A stretch of DNA of 56,792 nt from contig NC_068989.1 in assembly GCF_001194135.2 (NCBI RefSeq), forward strand, positions 57,960,949-58,017,740. Direction: 5' to 3'. Within the stretch, counting starts at the first letter, position 1; each line of letters opens with the position of its first letter. The translations under genes and the position numbers were made by a program. Shown here in pieces: positions 49,473 to 56,792 of this stretch. The notes beneath the pieces were generated by a model. That model saw only the letters and a list, made by a program, of their open reading frames with translations. It was not told the origin of the DNA and did not search any database. This DNA comes from Octopus bimaculoides (Eukaryota).

Positions 49473-51011
49473 CAGGTCAAATGAATGATCAAACTTGAAC
49501 TGTCTGTAGGTTTTGCTTTTCTATTGGAGATCAATATATTAACCAATGGTGATAGAAGTATTGATTTCAGATAAGGTAGAAATTAGAGTTGTGATATTCA
49601 TATTTTTTCCAGTGTCATTAAGGTAACAACTGACACAAAATGGCTTCAATTGTACAATAGTATAGCATATATTGTAATCTCTCTCTCTCTCTCACAAAGA
49701 GAGACAGAGAGAGAGAAAGAGACAGACAGAGACAGAGACAGAAATATATACATTTCCCTTGTAAAACATTATTACACACCTTTTCCTTTGAGCTGTATTA
49801 TAAACTCTATCAATAAACAAGAAGTAAAGGTTCTTATTCATTTCATCTCACCTTCCTTCTTTTCTTTTTAATTATTCTTTTAAGGAAGGAAATCCTTTAT
49901 AGGTGCGGACACACACATATGAAGCTCGCGTCTGAACACGATCACAGTCCATTGACTAATTCCACAAAAGGAGTTCTAAACATAACAGACTGTAGTAATC
50001 TGTAGTTGGCAGAATATTAGACTATTTGAAAAAATAACTGTGAACATAAATTACACTCTTATATGTTTTGAGTTCAAATACCACCAAAGTCAATTTCACT
50101 TTTCTTTCTTCTGTGGTCAACAAAATAAATATTACTCAAGTATTGGGTTGATTCAATATTTCTATAAAGGATACTCAATATGACTGGAATTATATAATAG
50201 AGGTCTAAGACTGTATAGTAAAGAAATTAATATAAGTTCTTGAGATTAATACTACAGAGTGCTTCACAATAAAATGCAAAACTTGCTGTCTCCTCTCTCT
50301 CTGTTTTCTGTTGTTACTATTATGGTCTCTGTTCCTCAGAACTGGAGGGCATCATGCTTCCACCATTCAAGCAACCCTGATCCACTTGTTTTTCTTCCTC
50401 TCGTCTCACATGGTGCATTGAACCCTGTCCCCCTTTGATCCCTGATTAACCATAGTGCTCATTCTTTGCCTATAGAATTTTTCCCTGTTTGTGTCTTTCC
50501 TTCAACAGTTTAAACAGAATAATATTGGTTTCTGATTTAGGTGCAAAGCCAACAGTTTTGAGGGAGGTTATAAGTCGATACCATCAATCTCAGTATGTGA
50601 TTGGTACTTTATTTCATCAACCCCTAGGGAATGAAAAGCAAAGTTGACCCTGATAGTATAAGGATGTAATGAGCCAGGACAAATTGCTTATTACAATTCT
50701 ACCAGCCATAGAACAATAATCCTTTCTATTATAGGAACAAGGTCTGAAATTTGGGGGAGGGGGAGAGTCGATTACATCGACCCCAGTACTCAACTGGTAC
50801 TTAATTTATCGACCCCGAAAGGATGAAAGGTGAAGTTGACCTGGGTGCAATTTGAACTCAGAACATAGCGATGAGCATAATACTACTAAGCATTTCATCC
50901 AGCATGCTAACAATCCTGCCAGCTCACAACCTACCTAAATGGAATAACAATGGCAACAAACTCGCTGGTCTTGGAGAGCCTGGAGAGGTATTAGACAATA
51001 TTCCATCCTCC

Positions 51012-51300
51012 AGCACGTGCAAAGGACATGCCTGTATGGGTGGCTGTGATTTTACTTTGCTTGATGTGTAATCACTACAACTCCCAGTTCCTTGTCATTT
51101 CCTCAGTAGGGGTCAGCGTCTGAAGATGTTTTCTCACCACTTTGCCCCACGCCTTCCTGGGTCTACACCTTCCACGGGCTCCTTTCACAATTAGGGATTG
51201 ACATTTCTTTAAGTAGCTGTCCTCATCCACATGCATCACATGGCCATACAAGTACAGTCTTTACTCTTGCACATAACATCTGATGACTTTCATACTGTTT
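51012..51300 (-). mobile_element. RTE-like LINE C-terminus; its 3' about 110 nt recur at 53116-53224
   Basis: YGHVMHVDED...GRCRPRKAWGKVV; near-identical 110-nt duplicate. Confidence 0.7.
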
Positions 51301-52674
51301 TCCTCTTAAATCATTTACAATGAAAACCATTCAGAAGGCAATTTTGCATGGTAGCCAACACAGTTTCACATGAGCAATGCAACAATCCTGCATGACTATT
51401 TTTTTTTTGTTGGCACTCCGTCGCTTACGACGTCGTGGGTTCCAGTTGATCCAATCAACAGAACAGCCTGCTCGTGAAATTAACATGCAAGTGACTGAGC
51501 ACTCCACAGACACGTGTACCCTTAACGTAGTTCTCGGGGATATTCAGCGTGACACAGTGTGACAAGGATGACCCTTTGAATTACAGGCACAACAGAAACA
51601 GGATGTAAGAGTGAGAGAAAGTTGTGGTGAAAGAGTACAGCAGGGTCCGCTACCATCCCCTGCCGGAGCCTTGTGGAGCTTTTAGGTATTTTTGCTCAAT
51701 AAACACTCACNNNNNNNNNNNNNNNNNNNNNNNNNNNNNNNNNNNNNNNNNNNNNNNNNNNNNNNNNNNNNNNNNNNNNNNNNNNNNNNNNNNNNNNNNN
51801 NNNNNNNNNNNNNNNNNNNNNNNNNNNNNNNNNNNNNNNNNNNNNNNNNNNNNNNNNNNNNNNNNNNNNNNNNNNNNNNNNNNNNNNNNNNNNNNNNNNN
51901 NNNNNNNNNNNNNNNNNNNNNNNNNNNNNNNNNNNNNNNNNNNNNNNNNNNNNNNNNNNNNNNNNNNNNNNNNNNNNNNNNNNNNNNNNNNNNNNNNNNN
52001 NNNNNNNNNNNNNNNNNNNNNNNNNNNNNNNNNNNNNNNNNNNNNNNNNNNNNNNNNNNNNNNNNNNNNNNNNNNNNNNNNNNNNNNNNNNNNNNNNNNN
52101 NNNNNNNNNNNNNNNNNNNNNNNNNNNNNNNNNNNNNNNNNNNNNNNNNNNNNNNNNNNNNNNNNNNNNNNNNNNNNNNNNNNNNNNNNNNNNNNNNNNN
52201 NNNNNNNNNNNNNNNNNNNNNNNNNNNNNNNNNNNNNNNNNNNNNNNNNNNNNNNNNNNNNNNNNNNNNNNNNNNNNNNNNNNNNNNNNNNNNNNNNNNN
52301 NNNNNNNNNNNNNNNNNNNNNNNNNNNNNNNNNNNNNNNNNNNNNNNNNNNNNNNNNNNNNNNNNNNNNNNNNNNNNNNNNNNNNNNNNNNNNNNNNNNN
52401 NNNNNNNNNNNNNNNNNNNNNNNNNNNNNNNNNNNNNNNNNNNNNNNNNNNNNNNNNNNNNNNNNNNNNNNNNNNNNNNNNNNNNNNNNNNNNNNNNNNN
52501 NNNNNNNNNNNNNNNNNNNNNNNNNNNNNNNNNNNNNNNNNNNNNNNNNNNNNNNNNNNNNNNNNNNNNNNNNNNNNNNNNNNNNNNNNNNNNNNNNNNN
52601 NNNNNNNNNNNNNNNNNNNNNNNNNNNNNNNNNNNNNNNNNNNNNNNNNNNNNNNNNNNNNNNNNNNNNNNNNN

Positions 52675-52708
<34 letters not shown>

Positions 52709-54639
52709 AGAGAGGGAGAGACAGAGATATATGCACATACATATACATACATGCATACATATATGCACAGAGACACAAACACACACAAACATATATGCAT
52801 ACACACACACACACACATACACACATACATATGTGTGCGTGTGTGTATGTGTGTGTGTATGTGCGTGTATCATCATCATCATTTAACGTTTGTTTTCCAT
52901 GCTGGCGTGGGTTGGATGGTTTGATAGGTGCTCACTAGCCAGAGAGCTGTCCAGACTCCAATTGTCTGTTTTGGCATGGATGCCCTTCCTAACACCAACC
53001 ATTTTATAGAGTATAGTGGGTACTTTTTACATACCATTGGCATTAGTGCATTTACATAGCACCAGGGTGAATGCATTTTACATGACACCGACGCAAGTAC
53101 ATTTAATGTGATACTAGCACGTGCAAAGGACATGCCTGTATGGGTGGCTGCGATTTTACTTTGCTTGATTTGTAATCACTACAACTCCCAGTTTCTTGTC
53201 ATTTCCTCAGTAGGGCTCAGCGTCTAAAGTCGAGTGCTTCTCGAGTTTTAGTTATGCACACATACAGACAGACTGACAGGCAGCAGACAGACAGACATTC
53301 TGAATTTTATATATATATAGATGGGAGAAATAAACCAGTTACTGGTTTAGGCTGGAGGAGTCGGCATAAATGTAGAAGAAAATGTTCAAAAATATATTTT
53401 TTAAACGGCCCACTACGTCTGCACGTCGGATGTTGACAGAGAAAAGCAACACAAGTGAAAAGGACGTACTCAGTGAATATATTAGATAGACGCTCAGAGT
53501 AAGTTTAAGATGGAAAAAAAATACGTGTCTTATTTGTCAATGGAGCACGGGCAATCGATTTAATCGACTAGCCACGCTCCCACAATTTTTTTCAAACCTT
53601 GTCTTTGTCATTATCGTTATCATCATTATTATTTCGTTTATAGTTTGAAGGCGTAAAATGCTGCACCTTAGCTTTTAAAACTGTTTCACAAACAGGGATC
53701 GTCGGAGTTACATTTTACTTCGGTACGTTTACTTCAATACTTGAGGTAGACAGAAATTACTTTCCCTCAAAATTTGTTGCGTTTACTATTATTTTTAGCA
53801 TTGCTCCTGTTACCGTGAAAGTGCGTGGCTTAATGGTCAAGGTGTTGCATTTACTATCGTAGAATTTTGTTTTCGATTCCCGGTCCAGGCAGTACATTGT
53901 GTTCTTGTGCAAAAGCACTTCACTTCACGCTGCTTCGTCCACTCAGCAATAGCTGGGAAGTTAATCCCGTGAGGGACTGAAATCTTATCCCAGTGGGGTG
54001 TGTTGTAATCTCAGTCATGGAAATTAGGTTAAGTTCTGGCCTTAGGAGTCATCGAGCTTATGACAGATCAAAGTCTAAGTCTTCCTTTATTACTAGTGTA
54101 GTAAGAACTTGTAACAAGAAAGGGAGAGGCATGAATACGCCGCTTTAACAGACAACAGCTTAATATTCATTGGACACAAGAAACGAATTCAGGAAGCAGA
54201 TAAACAGAATTTTCTTAAAAAGAATTTTGAAAAAGGTAATCAGAAAGAAAAGAAATTACTATGAAGTAAACAGTTATACTCGTAAATACAGATAGTCAAT
54301 TTGATATTCGAAAACGTAAATTTCTTTCTCCTAAACCAAACAGAGAGCAACAACAAAAACGATGCATATACGCACATACACTTGATGTCAAACGGAAGAA
54401 AAGGCATAAAAAAACAACAACGTAGTATTAGCTTCACCCACACTCTACCACGTAGGCAGTTTCTGTACAAGAACCGATTGGCCGAGAAGAAACCTGCTTT
54501 ACGGATATTTGTAATTAAGAACTGCGATTATCTTCCGGAGTTTTTATTCAAGAACAAAGAAAGCTTAAGGTTACATATCTACGCATCACAAAACAACGCT
54601 GCAGGTTTCTTTATGTTAACAACAACAACAACAACAACC

Positions 54640-55265
54640 CTTTCTACTATTAGCACAAGGCTTGAAATTTTGTGGGAGGGGACTAGTCAATTAGATGGAA
54701 ACCGAAGGGATGAAAAAGAAAGTCGACCTCGGTGGAATTTGGACTCAGAACATTGCGACGGGAGAAATACCGCTAAGCATTTCGTCCAGCGTGCTAGCAT
54801 TTCGTCCAGCGCGCTAGCGTTTCTGCCAGTTCGTCTTATTAATAATAATAATGGTTTCAAATTTTGTCACAAGGGCAGCCATTTTGGAGGAGGAGATGTG
54901 TCGATTGTATCGACCTCAGAGTTCAACTGGTACTTAATTCATCGACCCCGAAAGGATGAAAGCAAAAGCTGACCTTGGCGGAATTTGAACTCAGAACGTA
55001 GTGGCAGGACGAAATACCGCTAAGCATTTCGCCCGGCGTGCTAACGATTCTGCCAGCTCGCCTTATTAATAATAATAATCCTTTCTACTATAGGCACAAG
55101 GCCTGAAATTTGGGGGAGGGGATTATCGATTACATCGACCCCAGTGTTCAAATAGTACTTATTTTATCGACCCCGAAAGGATGAAAGGCAAAGTCGACTT
55201 CGGCGGAATTTGAACTCAGAGCGTAGAGCATTTCGCCCGGCGTGCTAACGATCCTGCCAGCTAGC
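54640..55265 (-). mobile_element. Three tandem young SINE family A copies
   Basis: CpG-rich copies separated by (TAA)n. Confidence 0.88.
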
Positions 55266-55519
55266 CTTAACAACAACAACAACAACAACAACAACAATAA
55301 AGATGTATACTTAGCTGATGTGTAGGGGATATTTTTTCTCTCGAACAAGCTAAAAGTTACGAAATGGTGTTCTTGTTTTATAAAATAGAACAAGGCAAAG
55401 AGATGGCCGAACAAATGTATTAAACAACCCGCCTATAAACGAGTGTCGCAATACAAGGAGTGATACAATACAAAAGTCACAAAGATATTTGGCAATGATA
55501 TTAATTTCTGTTTTTTGGT

Positions 55520-55571
<52 letters not shown>

Positions 55572-55663
55572 NNNNNNNNNNNNNNNNNNNNNNNNNNNNN
55601 NNNNNNNNNNNNNNNNNNNNNNNNNNNNNNNNNNNNNNNNNNNNNNNNNNNNNNNNNNNNNNN

Positions 55664-55713
<50 letters not shown>

Positions 55714-56792
55714 GATAACAGCAACAACTGCTGGTCCCAGAGGCTCTTGTTTCAATCGCACTTCAAGTCGTACCACCAGTTGCAGCTCCGAGAATAACCG
55801 AAAGACTTGCTTTGTCGTGAAATCCACAAAATTGACACCCAAGTCATGGACGATAAGAAAACCAAGGATCTCTTCTCAACATTGCCATATAATCTTCTAG
55901 TGATAATGAAGAAGATGTGGAAAGAGAATAGGATGGAAACTGTTAGGGACAGTAGAAAGCGCGACGGAGACCTGCCTATAAAAACAGATGTCAACTCTAA
56001 AGAAAAGCAAATGAAACGTACAAGAAGGGATCTTATCCGACTGCCAAAGTTTTTTCTTATGGAACTGATAGACGGCTTCAAACAAGACATTGAGCTGACA
56101 AATTGCTAAATGGGGAGGTGGAAATAAAACTGGAAGATTAGAATATTCATGAGAACCACAGCAATGAAGAATCATAATTTGAAAATGACTTGCCCTGAAG
56201 ATGTGGAATGCTAGTGTCACGTCCAACGCAAAAATGCTTTAAAAACGTCTGCGAGTACACAAAATCCCAATACGAGAATTGGTTGGTGGAGAGAGTTGCA
56301 TGTTGCTCTTACTTGACCTAGCTGGTCGTTTTTCACTCACATGTAATGTGTTATCTTATATATTTTTATTTCCTTAAATTAAATATTTGAAAATAAACAT
56401 CAAAGTTTTTATATTGTCGTGTGTTTTCACAGTATAATCTGTTGTAATATAATCGTCAATTATGCGGCAAGCTGGCCGAATCGTTAACACGCCGGGCAAA
56501 ATGCTTAGCGGCATTTCGTCCGTCTTTACGTTCTGAGTTCAAATTCCACCATGGTCGTCTTTGCTTTTCATCTTTTATGGGTCGATAAAATAAGTACATA
56601 AGGGCGGACGAAATGCCGCTAAGTATTTCACCCGGCGAGCTAACGATTCTGCCAGCTCGTTGCCTTTATGTAAGTATAAATAATCCTTTCTACTCAAGGC
56701 ACAAGGCCTGAAATTTTGGGGGCGGGGATTAGTCGATTACATCGATCCCTGTGTTTCACTGGTGCTTAATTTATCGGCCCTGAAAGGATGAA

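Noticed and set aside
51624-52924. 360-410 aa ORFs
   Set aside because: They run through the N gap 51711-52674. The same applies to ORFs over gaps 17210-17356, 24745-24844, 25979-26436, 29859-30169 and 55572-55663.
54301-54972. 223-aa ORF, the longest gap-free one in the track
   Set aside because: The second half is antisense SINE A and (AAC)n; TTG start; no domain.

Overview
Eukaryotic, AT-rich, repeat-dense genomic DNA with several N gaps. It is most likely an octopus/coleoid cephalopod; this is inferred from the SINE families and microsatellite landscape, not proven. No prokaryotic features (CRISPR, operons) are present. Two spliced protein-coding genes converge tail-to-tail. (1) On +, mitochondrial FAD-linked D-lactate dehydrogenase LDHD: 11 coding exon positions were traced base by base from 6114 to the stop at 29167, all phases compatible, 1407 nt; the first coding exon was not resolved. 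(2) On -, a laminin-G-domain gene: 4 exons traced from 46518 to the stop at 40291; its 5' exon was not found. First highlight: the LDHD exon carrying the metal-binding GHVGDGNFH motif exists as two diverged, intact 112-nt copies only 39 nt apart, i.e. a mutually exclusive exon pair at the active site. Second highlight: three unrelated foldback elements carry minimal hammerhead-ribozyme motifs of the Penelope-like type. One of them is a tRNA-headed SINE-like unit whose inverted dimer is flanked by a 10-bp target-site duplication. The rest is SINEs, RTE/CR1/CRE LINE fragments, Tc1/mariner, piggyBac-like and Merlin-like MITEs, Helitron ends, a probable solo LTR and microsatellites. Most ORFs in the supplied track are artefacts of repeats or gaps. 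All family assignments come from motif recognition only; no database search was run. Repeat boundaries are approximate unless a TSD is quoted.
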